NCBI GenBank assembly: GCA_964016885.1
Contig: OZ024744.1
Span: 72,974,001 to 73,038,000 of the forward strand
Length of the DNA stretch: 64,000 bases
Source of the DNA: Eledone cirrhosa
Taxonomy: Eukaryota
Direction of reading: 5' to 3'
In this document: piece by piece, positions 52,221 to 64,000 of the stretch
Numbering within the stretch: position 1 is the stretch's first letter
Layout: the number at the start of each line of letters is the position of its first letter
Translations under genes and position numbers: made by a program
Notes under the pieces: generated by a model
Told to the model about the DNA's origin: nothing
What the model saw: the letters and a program-made list of their open reading frames with translations, nothing else
Databases searched by the model: none

Positions 52221-53375
52221 AGGATGGTGGTTTGGCAGTGTCGGTAGAGCATTGAACAACATGCTTTGTGGCATATAGTTATGGCACTTTATGTTCTAAG
52301 TTGAAATCCTGCTGAGGTTAGCATTGCCTTTCATTCCTAAGAGGTCAATAAAATAAAGCACCAGTAATCCACTGGGGTCGCTTTAATCAACTTCTTCCCC
52401 CACCCCCAACATTGTTGGTCTTGTGCTTAAATCAGAAACCATTATTATTATTATTAGGGCGGTGGGCGGTGGATTGGCAGTATCGGTAGAGGGTCGGATG
52501 CCATGCTTTCCGGCATAGTTACGTCCCTTTACGATCTGAGTTCAAATCCCGCCGAGATTGACTTTGCCTTTCATCCTTACGCGGTCGATAAAATAAAAGT
52601 ACCAGTAATGCACTGGGTAATTGCTGGCCTTGTGCCTAAAGTAGAAACAATTATTATTATTAGGGCAATAGATTGGCAGAAATTTTAAAGAATTTTTTCT
52701 ATCTTTTTACATTCAAATCATTCTGAATTCAACTTTATCTTTCATCCTTCCAGGGGCAATAAAATAAAGTACCAGTCCTCTCCCCACAAATTGTTGGCCC
52801 TGTGGCTAAATTAGAAATCATTATCACTCTGAGTTCAAATCCCACCGAGGTTAACTTTGCCTTTCATCCTTACGGGGTCGATAAAATAAAGTACCAGTAA
52901 TGCACTGGGATAATTGCTGGCCTTGTGCCTAAAGTAGAAACAAATATCATTAATATTAGGGAAGTGAGGGCAGTGGATTGTCAGTATTGATAGAGCACCG
53001 GACACCCTTCTTTGCAGCATAAAGTTACAGCCCTTCACATTCTGAGTTCAAATCCCGTTAGCTTTGCCTTTCATCCTTACAGGATCAATAAAATATGGCA
53101 CCAGTAATGCACTGGGGTCGATTTATTCAACTTTCCCCTCCCCTTCAAATTGCTTGCCTTGTGCTTAAATTAGAAACAATTATTATTAGGGAGATGGATT
53201 GGCTGAGTCCTCAGAGCATTGGATAAATACTTAGCAGTATTTCTTCCAGCCCCTTATGTTCCCTCTTAGTTCAAATCCTGCAGAGGTCATCTTTGCATTT
53301 CATCCTGTCAAGTTCAATAAAAGTAAATACTCCTCCAACAAATTGTTGACCTTGAGCCTAAATTAGATACCATAA
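52221..53375 (+). mobile_element. Head-to-tail SINE family A array (~6 units of different ages)
   Basis: Units begin at ~52221, 52464, 52662, 52828, 52968 and 53190, mostly joined by ATT repeats. Confidence 0.85.
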
Positions 53376-53423
53376 TTTAATAGCTGTAGTAGTGGTAGTT
53401 GTAGTAAGATGATGTTTTGTTAA

Positions 53424-53847
53424 CCCTTTCATGACAGTATTTCTAATGAAATACACTCTATTTTAATTAATTAACCCTTTAGCATTTAAACTGGTTGTAT
53501 CCAGCCAACATTCTCTCACCTCTTTCAGTTCAAATCAGCCGAAACCGGCTGCTCATACCTATATTAAGGTATTGTTCTCAATATATATAATATCAACATC
53601 TCATAGATTTGAGATTATGTGAGATAATTATCTGAGATAAAGTGCTTACTGTGAAAATACAATGCTAAATGGTTAATGAAGAATTTTGAGGGATTTACTA
53701 AAATTATTAATTATTTCATCACTAAGATAGAAACTTAATGAAAGGTTCTTATATAAAATTATGTTGGAAGATTTTAATTTAGATTGGAAACCTTTAAAAT
53801 GGATGGCTTTATTTCATAGAACCAGAGCCAGGCTGGTAACTGTAGGG
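53424..53847. mobile_element. piggyBac-type MITE containing a nested MITE (53475-53672)
   Basis: Outer termini TTAA|CCCTTTC ... TAGGG|TTAA. Inner termini TTAA|CCCTTTAGCATTT ... GCTAAATGG|TTAA. Confidence 0.7.
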
Positions 53848-54651
53848 TTAAAGACAGTGTATGTACTTCATACTACTGGAAATTGTTTTTATCTGTCTAA
53901 ACTGATAATAATTCTATTGGTAATATATCAATTGTAACTAGAATACTGTCTTCTGATCTTACAGTAGAAATATATTTCTTTATTTGCCACAAGGACGCAC
54001 AAGAAAAGGAGACAATACAAAGATACATACCGGGGATTTTACATACAGTCGTGTAAAATTATTGAAACAAACAATTATAACAATTGAAATCCCCAATAGG
54101 GGGGAAGCGCCAGAAATGGGTTGTTTAATATCCCGTCGATAGAACAACCCTCAACTTCAGGAGCGTGTTGTGCCTAGAATTTGTTCAGTTTCTTCTTGTC
54201 AACATGTTTCACTGCCTCCAACAATGTCATCATTATCATCATCATCGGTGTTGTCATCACCATTATCATCAACAAACATTTGATGATGTAAGTTACATCA
54301 TCTTTACTCATGTCTTTCTTGATTTTTTCCCCTTCCTCTACTTCATTTCACAATTATTCCCATCACTTCTATCACCCAGTCACTTTCATCCTTTTCAGCA
54401 CATGACCCCCACCATCTCATTCTCTTTCTCCACACCATTCATCACTGGCTCTATTTCCAATCCAATCATATTCTGCAATTTATTGCCCCCCCCCCCCTCT
54501 CAATGAATTATTCTCATAATTACTATATTGTATGTGATATAGCCTATAACTGCACCATGTCATATGTAAAATGCCATGAGAATTATATCTACCTTATACT
54601 GAAAAGAATCACTCTTGCTTTCAATTTGATGATTAATTTCATTAATATTTA

Positions 54652-54819
54652 CCATATTTCCCTGTACCGAAGACGCTTTGTCCTCGAGGACACACCCTAA
54701 TTTTGACAACCGAAAATTTGAAAAAAAATAATAAACAACCTTCGGCCTCCATGACGCATGGTAGATTTTTGAGACTTATTTTAGGAAAAAAGTAGCATCT
54801 TCGATGCCAGGAAATACAG
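54652..54819. mobile_element. Tc2/pogo-type MITE
   Basis: TA|CCATATTTCCCTGTACCGAAGACGC ... GCATCTTCGATGCCAGGAAATACAG|TA imperfect TIRs. Confidence 0.6.
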
Positions 54820-55454
54820 TAGTTATTCAATTTAAGAAATAAATCTTTATTGTATAAAATGTGTCTTTTGTGGTTATGAAAATAGAAAAGGAAGGGAAAG
54901 GCAAGAGCTCTAGGGTCACAGAATAATGGGGAGGGGAAGGGTGATGGGCTCTAGGCCTAGGGCGTGGCAATATTGGAGCTGCACCCTGCGGTCAAGAGTG
55001 CAAAAGTATTCCCATGGACAATGGCCAGCAACACCCACTGCAACAGCCACCTTGCAGGGTGCCTTATTTAATTCAAGCTTTTAAACAATAGGCTTTTTAA
55101 ACAATAGCTATTCCTATTGTTTAAAAAACCAGCAATTAACCCAGTGCATTACTGGTACTTTATTTTATCACCCCTGTAAGGATGAAAGACAAAGTGTTAA
55201 CCTCGGCGGGATATGAACTCAGGCCGTAAGGGGCCGTAACTCTATGCTGCAAAGCATGGCATACGACTCTTTGCCAATACTGCCAATCCACCGCCTTATT
55301 ATTGAAGATTATTGAAGAATAATACCCATTCTTAGTATATTATTACCTTCACACCAACACTCATAATGTTCTGTCCTATATTGTTCTTACTTTTTTTTTT
55401 GTTGTTGTAAACCTTTCATTTTTAATAAAGAAATTGTTATTATTTTTGTAATAC

Positions 55455-56115
55455 AGGCTGTGGATTGGCAGTATTGGTAGAGCATCAGACAACTTCTGTG
55501 CTTTACGGCATAGAATTATGTCCCTTTACGTTCTGAGTTCAATCCTGCCAAAGTTAGCGTGATCTTTCATCCTTACGGGATTGATGAGATAAAATACCAG
55601 TAATGCAAGGGGATTGATTTAATCAAATTTCACCTTCAAATTAATAGCCTTATGGCAAAAGTAGAAACAATCATTATTATTATTATTATTATTGTTATTA
55701 TTATTAGGGCGGTGGATTTGCAGTATCGGTAGAGTCGGACACCATGCTTTGCAGCATAGAGTCACGGTCTGAGTTCAAATTTCGCCGAGGTTAACTTTGC
55801 CTTTCATCCTTACAGGGTCGATAAAATAAAGTACTAGTAATGTACTGGGGTTGATTTAATCGACATCCTCCTCCCACCATATTACTGACCCTGGGCCTAT
55901 ACTAGAAATCATTATTATTAGGGCAGTGGATATGCACTATTGGTAAAGTGGTCAACAACATGCTTTTCAGTATAGAGTTACGGCCCTTTACTTTCTGAGT
56001 TCAAATCCCGACAAGATTAGCTTTGCTTTTCATACTCACAGGATCAGTAAAATGAGACACCAGTAATGCACTGGGGTCAATTCAATTCCCCATCTACCCA
56101 AAAACTGTTAGACTT
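55455..56115 (+). mobile_element. Head-to-tail SINE family A array (3 units)
   Basis: Units at ~55455, 55707 and 55921 joined by (ATT)n. An inverted copy lies at 55130-55297. Confidence 0.85.
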
Positions 56116-56322
56116 GTGCCTAAATCAGAAGCCATTCTCATCAACATTATTGTCATCATCATCATCATCATCATGTTATTATCTTCCTTTTGATATTTAC
56201 ACCTTTGCTGTATTTACAGACTTGTTTATTTACTCTCGGTTTATATGTATGATTTCTTTTAAAGTTGTATTTGGGATCTAGTTTACAAAGTATGCAGTGT
56301 TTTAAAATCTGGTGTGTGTTTG

Positions 56323-56374
<52 letters not shown>

Positions 56375-56376
<2 letters not shown>

Positions 56377-56494
56377 GGAACGAGTATATATAACTCTGAC
56401 GGCTGAGCTCAAGCCATTTCGACGGCTAATTCTGGACTCAGAATTAGCCGTCGAAACGGCTTGAGCTCAGCCGTCGGGGTCCTACTCGTTCCTA
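56375..56494. repeat. GC-rich fold-back hairpin (37-bp stem, 1 mismatch, 4-nt loop)
   Basis: GACGGCTGAGCTCAAGCCATTTCGACGGCTAATTCTG-GACT-CAGAATTAGCCGTCGAAACGGCTTGAGCTCAGCCGTC. Confidence 0.9.
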
Positions 56495-56609
56495 TTACCC
56501 ACTCTACTACCCTAAGTAGTGAGTACTTTGGTTGGTGCGTTATGGTCCACCTGGTTCCTTACCACATTTCCTTTGTTATATATATATATATATATACATA
56601 GTAATAATA

Positions 56610-56896
56610 ATAAATGTGAAAACTAAAATCTAAAGAGGGCTCGATAAGGATAATATATATATAAAAATATATAAAAACCATAGAGCATATATTTATTAAA
56701 ATAATAGATTAAACTTTAATCAAAGAATTGCTGCTTTCACCCCTAACGGGATCTTCTGACTTTCAGAAGATCTCGTTAAGGGTGAAAGCAGCGATTCTTT
56801 GCATAAACTTTAATCTGTTATTTTAATAAATATATGCTCTACGGTTTTTATATATATAGTATCCTTATCGAGCCCTCTTCGGATTTTAGTCTTCAC

Positions 56897-56902
<6 letters not shown>
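56610..56902. repeat. ~290-bp palindrome (arms ~145 bp, 3-nt loop)
   Basis: Arms pair from TAAATGTGAA/TTCACATTTA inward to GATCTTCTGA-CTT-TCAGAAGATC. Confidence 0.9.
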
Positions 56903-56935
<33 letters not shown>

Positions 56936-57143
56936 GAAAGAGAGAGAGAGAAAGTGGAACTGGAAATAGCACAACAAATATATTTAAAGGATCTGTTTTT
57001 CTTTTTTCCTTCTTTGATTCGTCAAAATGACATTGAAAAGATGAGAAGAACAATTTTTTTTTTTAAATGGGAGTTTTATAATGTATATAAAATATAACCG
57101 ATTTCTATGTATCAGTGTAAATCCGTCTTATCAAATGTTGAAT

Positions 57144-57493
57144 CATCATCATCATCATCATCATCATTTTACATCCGCTTTTCCCTGCTTGCAAGGGTGG
57201 GACGGGGACTGATTCTGGCTTGATTTCTACAGCTGGATGCCCTTCCTAACACCAACCTCATTTACAGTGAGAGTGCTGGGTGCTTTTTTGCCGTGGCACC
57301 TCCATGACCACTTTGCAGTGGAATGATAGGGACCCGCAGTCCCTATCATCTCATTTCTACAGCTGAGTAAACTGGAGCAATGTGAAATAAAGTGTCTTGC
57401 TCAAGGAAACAACACATCACCCGGTCTGAGAATTGAACTCACAACCTTTTGATTGCAAGGCCAATGCTCTAACCACTAAGCCATGTGCTTCCA
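57144..57493 (-). mobile_element. Full-length SINE family B (tRNA head, CORE-like domain, RTE-derived 3' tail)
   Basis: Near-identical reverse complement of 62228-62557. The 3' part is shared with the RTE 3' UTRs. Confidence 0.85.
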
Positions 57494-57658
57494 CTATTGA
57501 ATATTACAATTAAAAAGAATTAAAGAGGATTAAAAATTAAAGATTTAAAATTAAGTGTTGAAGCAGTTCTGTTCATCTTTCTTGTTGAGAAGAAGACTGG
57601 GTCTAAAATGGAATCTTATATATATATATAGAGAGAGGGGTACAACCATACTCCTTTT

Positions 57659-57714
<56 letters not shown>

Positions 57715-58087
57715 TTGTATACACTCTTGGTGTATAGGTAGAAATTCAACATTTCAACATTGGTTTCTATATTTTCATTTATGACAATTATTGTTGTTGT
57801 TGCTGCTACTATTTCTACTATTATTGTTATTATTGTTGTTGTTGTTGTTGTTGTTGTATTATTTCGTTTAGCTCAGTTCTGTTTCTCTATTGCCAGGTTC
57901 AAGGCGTTGAACCTAGGGCAATAGATGTTTTCATTATTATTATTATTATTATTGCTGTTATTGTTATCATTATCATTATTATTATTATTGTTGTTGTTAT
58001 TATCATCATCATCATCAATTCCTTGTCAGCAGGAGATGTCTAAGTGCTTTCAATATTGATAGTCATTCTTCATATACCTGTTTTCAG

Positions 58088-58240
58088 TTGGAACGTATCT
58101 TCAGTTCACAATCTGATAATGAAAAGAAGAAGGCTGCTGCTGAGAAAGAGTTAGAAGCTTCGACTGAAGGCTCTACTGAAGGCTCTGCCGATGGCTCTGC
58201 TGAAAGCAGAGCAGTCAAACCGGTGGCACCACCTGTCTCC
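58088..58240 (+). CDS. MICU3: MICU3 exon following EF-hand 1: LERIFSSQSDNEKKKAAAEKELEASTEGSTEGSADGSAESRAVKPVAPPVS
   Basis: TTTTTCAG|TTGGAA acceptor and TCC|GTATGT donor. 153 nt, phase 0-0, open. Joining gives EFLV|LERIFS, which matches the MICU3 junction EFLV|LQEIF as recalled for vertebrates, followed by the variable linker. Confidence 0.85.
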
Positions 58241-58706
58241 GTATGTTTCTAAAACTCTCCCTCTCTTTCTCCTATTGTGTTGTCACACTCCCATTGTGTT
58301 CTACCCCTCACACCTTTTTCAATATATATTTCTTATCACGGTACCACTCACCACCTTGCTTATGGTTTCTTATGTTTTCAAATTTATTCCTTTTATAGAA
58401 TTTGTTTGGAGTTTTCATTTTGAGTTTTTGCTGTTTTGCTTTGTTTTCTTTTCTTTGTGTGCCTTTTTGTGTGTTTTTTTTTTTATCAGGCAATATTTGT
58501 ACATTTTTTAATATGCACTGTTCTTTAAGAGTATCTATTTGGTGTGTGTTTGTGTGTATATTTACGAGTTAATATATATGGATAGACATATATATATATA
58601 TATATATATATATTAACTACCCTGATGCTCTTAAATATATGTTAATCACTTGTATTTTATATGGAAAAAAAATCAATACACACATACTCACAAATACTTG
58701 TGTGTG

Positions 58707-58742
<36 letters not shown>

Positions 58743-58753
58743 CACACACATGT

Positions 58754-58804
<51 letters not shown>

Positions 58805-61017
58805 CAAGCATGCCTTTATAATTAGGAACTGCTAATCAATTACATTGTGGAGAATGATCTGTTTTGTTTTTATTTCAATGATTTTTTTCCATATTTTGAC
58901 ATAAAATAATGCTTACTGTATCTTCTATTGAAATTTGATTAGGAAATTGTTATTTTACCCTTTTCCACGGCATGATAAATTATCATTATTAGTTATAGAT
59001 TTCTGCAGCGAAACCTTTTTACTATTTGTTTAATATCACACAATTTCCTCTTGCAAAGAATCTGATTTACTTTTCGCTCTATCTTCCAATTTATTTTATT
59101 TTTGGTCAACCACACTATTTTAGTAGTTATGTCCAGTCATCTTTTGATACCATTCTACCATAGCAAGTTTCACTACGTACTCAATCTATTTGACATAACA
59201 GTTAAATCTCCTTTAACAAACCTTCTGTCATAAGGATAAGGAACATAGAAGTCACAAGAAGATCTCTTTAATAATTATGTGACCTATATAGTCACAGTTC
59301 CTACAGACCTATGTAATTGTAAAATGGTTAGTAACTTGTTTTAAGATATATGGTTTTAGAATAATATATCTCTTAAAGATTTATGGATACAATACAAAAA
59401 GTAATTTGTTAAAATGCCAAGCTGCTGAGGCAACATGTTAATTTAACTCTTAATGTCCTATACCACTTGACACTACACTTGCAAGGTAATTCTTGAAGAG
59501 TACAAAACATTACTATGATTGTATCTGTAGATTCTTCCGATGATGCCCTCTAAAAAAAAAAAAAAAGATACTATAAGCATTTGAATTAACCAATTTGTTT
59601 ATAAATATTTTCATTTTTTGTTAAATCATAATGGATTGTTAAGAGTTGATCGGAATCAACAAGATCCCAGACCTCGTTTACATATGGAGTGGGTGGAACT
59701 TGTCAGATCAGACCAAGGAAGCAATGTTTCCATTGGTCTTTCCAATTGCTAATATTATCTACCAGTCGCAACTCCAGGCAGAAGGTGCAATTTGAAATAA
59801 AGTATTTTGCTCAACGGCATATTGCATTCTCTAGTCCAGAAATCAAATTCAGAACTCTCTAACCACTAGGCCATGTCTCTACTCTCTAAGATTTAAACAC
59901 GCATAATGATACTTTTTATCTAGAAAATTATTACAAAACTGCCCTTAGTGTGACTATATTGGAAATTTAAATTTATTCTTTGTTCTTTGTCATAGTTATA
60001 ATTATTATTATTAGAGGTCAGTTATAATTATTATTATATAGTAGAGATCAGTGAGGTATTCAGATAGTCAGGATTTGACAGTATCGGTAGGGCATCGGAC
60101 GCCATGCTTTGCAGCATATAGTTTCATCCCTTCATATTCTGAGTTCAAATCCAGCCGAGGCTAGCTTTGCTTTTCATCCTAACACACTGGAGTTGATTTA
60201 ATCAACTTTCTCCTCTCCTCAAAATTGTTGGCCTTGTGCCTAAATCAGAAACCATTATTATTATTATTTTAGATATGTTATATTTCCATATAGACTTCAT
60301 ATACGATTGAGATTGAATCCATGGTGTTCTTTTGTTTTATTTTGTTAAATTGATATTATCATTTAATGATTAATATAAAAGTTCAGAGAAGATTATGATA
60401 ATGGTTGGTGTGGTTGGGAAGTCCTAGTCAGCATAACCTTTTAGCATTTACTATTGTATTTTCACAGTAAAGGCTTTATCTCACATAATTTTCTCACATA
60501 TCAAATCTGAGATTTTGATGTTATTTATTTGGAGAACAATACCTTAACATCAATATGAGTGGCTAGTTTCAGCCGGTTTGAACAGACTGGAGTGAGAGAA
60601 TTCTGGTTGGATATGGCCGGTTTAAATGCTCTACAAAGGTGGTCTATTCGTTTAGCCAGCAGAACATCCTATGCTTCTGTCAGTTCAAGAATACTCTCTA
60701 TTGAACAATTGTGCAATGATATGATTATTCTCTTAATTTAATGTAAATCATGAGGGCAATAGAAAACTGAAGTTACTTTCATTTTTGGTACATATTTAAC
60801 ATTAATTGAGTAAGCATCCAAATGCTCTTTGTATGCAAATCAAATTTTCTAGTTTAGTGATGTCTTTAATAGTAGTGACAGAATATACAATTTCTCTAGA
60901 CGAAAAATAAAAAAACAAAAAATAAACCCAGGTGGGTACACAATCTCAGATGAGTTGTCATATGACTGAAACCAGACAATCCAATCACCATTATTCTGAT
61001 ATGAAGACATTATATAG

Positions 61018-61210
61018 ACGGTGGATTGGCAGTATCGGTAGAAGGTCAGACGCCATGCTTTGCAGCATAGAGTTACGCCCCTTTACGGTCTGAGTTCAAA
61101 TTCCACCGAAGTTAACTTTGCCGTTCATCCTGACGGGGGGTCGATAAAATAACGTACCAGTTATGCACTGCGATAATTGCTGGCTTTGTGCCAAAAATAG
61201 AAACAATTAT
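61018..61210 (+). mobile_element. SINE family A
   Basis: Consensus A/B boxes, core and 3' end. Confidence 0.85.
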
Positions 61211-61320
61211 ACACAAGGCTGACTAAACTTGTATTATAATAATGAATATTCTCTACAGCGCCTACATCTCCTCAAAAGTTCAATGCTTAATACATCAATA
61301 ATTAAAATATGAATGTGTGT

Positions 61321-61399
<79 letters not shown>

Positions 61400-61495
61400 T
61401 AAATATAAGATCAAAAGATGGTTAAAAGAGTTCCAAGTATTTTATTATGCGCATTTCAAAAACAAATATCATGGGATGATATCTGTGTTGTCATC

Positions 61496-61530
<35 letters not shown>

Positions 61531-61536
<6 letters not shown>

Positions 61537-61892
61537 TGTAATAAACAACATAAGATAATTATTTCATTTACCAGTGGTTTCTTGAAAGCAACCAAAATTG
61601 CTTTCATTCATCAGGATGAAAAAATCCTGGTGTCTTTATTGACAGTGGATTTGAAAAACAAAAATATAACAGATATGAAAGTGAGGCTGGAGGAAAAAAA
61701 AGGGGGGGAGGAGAATAATAAATAAGAATATATAACAAACACACACGTACACACACACACACTCACATATACACACATATATACATATATATATATAAAT
61801 ATATACATGCACACATACACACAAATATACACAGAGGCACATATACACACACATACACACATATATATATATATCCATACATAAATACACCA

Positions 61893-61929
<37 letters not shown>

Positions 61930-62598
61930 CATACATATATAACCATGTATGCGTATGTGTGTGTGTATGTACACGTGTATATATATATTTAGTTGTGTTT
62001 TTGTGCATTTGCTTACCACGTGCATTTGGTCATTTATTATTATTATTTTTATTTTAAATTTTGCCGTCTTGTATCGCTGTCAACTTAATGTTTTATTTTT
62101 TATTTTTTTATTTTCTTAATCCTTACTTTTTATGTGACGGCCTATTATGATTATTTATTCTTATTTGTGTGTGTGTGCATATGTATCCTTTTATATGTGA
62201 GTACGTATGCATGTGTGTATATATATATGGTTAGAGCATTGGCCTTGCAATCGAAAGGTTGTGAGTTCAATTCTCAGACCGGGTGATGTGTTGTTTCCTT
62301 GAGCAAGAGACTTTATTTCACATTGCTCCAGTTTACTCAGCTGTAGAAATGAGATGATAGGGACTGGGGTCTCTATCATTCCACTGCAAAGTGGTCGTGC
62401 AGGTGCCACGGCAAAAAAGCACCCAGCACTCACTGTAAATGAGGTTGGTGTTAGGAAGGGCATCCAGCTGTAGAAATCAAGCCAGAATCAGTTCCCGTCC
62501 CACCCTTGCAAGCAGGGAAAAACGGACGTAAAATGAAATGATGATGATGATGATGATGTGTGTATGTATGTGTGAGTGTATGTATGTATGTGTATGTG

Positions 62599-62630
<32 letters not shown>

Positions 62631-63015
62631 CATGTATATGTATATATATATATATATATATGTGTTGGTGTATTTATGTATGGATATATATATATATATA
62701 TATATGTGTATGTGTGTGTATATGTGCCTCTGTGTATATTTGTGTGTATGTGTGCATATATATATTTATATGTATATGTGAGTGTGTGTGTGTACGTGTG
62801 TGTTGTTATATATTCTTATTTATTATTCTCCCCCCCCCCCCTTTTTTTTTTTCCTCCAGTCTCACTTTCACATCTGTTATATTTTTGTTTTTCAAATCCA
62901 CTGTCAATAAAGACACCAGGATTTTTTCATTCTGATGAATGAAAGCAATTTTGGTTGCTTTCAAGAAACCACTGGTAAATGAAATAATTATCTTATGTTG
63001 TTTATTACATAACTA
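61531..63015. repeat. Long inverted duplication (arms ~61531-61970 and ~62555-63015)
   Basis: About 200 bp of unique sequence plus the adjoining microsatellite pattern recur in reverse complement with only a few substitutions. Confidence 0.92.
62228..62557 (+). mobile_element. SINE family B
   Basis: TGGTTAGAGC...GAGTTCAATTCTC head, CCTTGAGCAAGAGACTTTATTTCAC core and (GAT)n tail. Confidence 0.85.
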
Positions 63016-63080
63016 ATAAGTTCTGTAACTTACATAGAGCACTCTTTTTTCCTGGACCTTTCCAACGGAATTATTTCATT

Positions 63081-63126
<46 letters not shown>

Positions 63127-63329
63127 GGTAGACCCAGTAGAGGAATACCACAGAAAACATAAGTGGAGGTGGTGAGAGCTGACTTCAGATCGCTGAAGCT
63201 CACAGAGGAGATGATGAAAGACCATGACATATGGAGAGATGCTATGCTGTAAGAGAACCCATCCCACCCTTGCAAGCAGGGAAAAGCAGGTGTAAAATGA
63301 TGATGATGATGATATATATATATTGCGTT

Positions 63330-63683
63330 GGTATATTGTGCTAGTCATGCACAAACAATGGGGCATAGATGAACTGAGAGAAAATCTGGGTATAAGAAGA
63401 ATCAGATGTAGTGTGCATGAGAGAAGACTGTACTGCAATAAACATGTAATGGATATGGATAATGACTGTTGGGTAAAGAAGTGCCAGAAAATTCAAGTGA
63501 AGGGAAGCTGCAGTAAAGGAAGACCTAGAAAAACCTTGGCAGAAGCAGTTAGAACTAATCTTAAAAGCTGAACCTCATATAAAAGATGATGAAGGAATGT
63601 CTTAAGGGGAGAGAGAGACTGTGCTGGAAAGAACCCATCTAACCCATGTAAGCACAGAAAAGTGAATGTAATATGATGATGAT
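63330..63683 (+). mobile_element. RTE LINE 3' fragment
   Basis: ORF 63323-63571 (ELRENLGIR.IRCSV.ERRL...HVM...KGRPRKT) followed by a GATGATGAT tail. Confidence 0.8.
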
Positions 63684-64000
63684 ACATTTTTCAGGGGGAA
63701 CTCCCCTCAAATCAGTCTGCAACATATCACTAAATGACCAAATTTATAGATTGGGTTCAGTAGCTAAGTCCAATCCTCAGTATAGTATCCAAGTTTCATT
63801 ATATAAGTTTACAGTTACAATTCACATGTAATTCCATTACTATTTATTAGTTTTGTAATGTATTGATGGTAACTAATAAGAAGTTTACAAGGATTTACCA
63901 GCACCAATGTAACAAAACACTATTTGTTTTGTTTGGCTTATGTTGAATTAACAATGATGTTCTACATGCCATTTGTAGGCTGGCAGAAGTACTAACACAG

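Noticed and set aside
54189-54287. 99-nt open phase 0-0 segment ending in GTAAGT
   Set aside because: Short acceptor tract next to a repeat relic, and the content is mostly (CAT)n-derived His/Cys low complexity.
58241-64000. Next conserved MICU3 exon (DTTL..HFFG motif)
   Set aside because: Not found by eye. It and the preceding ISYTEYLFLL-type exon presumably lie outside the window.

Overview
AT-rich, microsatellite-dense animal genomic DNA. The tRNA-derived SINEs, RTE LINEs with (CAT)n tails and long (TA)n runs fit an octopod cephalopod; this taxon call is inference. The window is almost entirely intronic sequence of one + strand gene, MICU3 (mitochondrial calcium uniporter regulator). The EF-hand-1 exon is at 6766-6848 and the homologous next exon (LERIFS...) is about 51 kb downstream at 58088-58240. 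A look-alike, frame-preserving candidate alternative exon (LESFF...) lies between them at 17965-18045. The intron is filled with transposon relics: two tRNA-derived SINE families (one forming head-to-tail arrays), RTE and R4/Dong-like LINE fragments, and a Penelope-like element with a GIY-YIG relic, an inverted pLTR and an apparently intact minimal hammerhead ribozyme. It also holds a piggyBac deletion derivative with its MITE family, a DD37D maT element and non-autonomous Helitrons. Several long fold-back structures lie near the exons. There is a 200-N assembly gap at 35774-35973. Most ORFs in the supplied track are microsatellite artefacts. All identities quoted are by-eye estimates.
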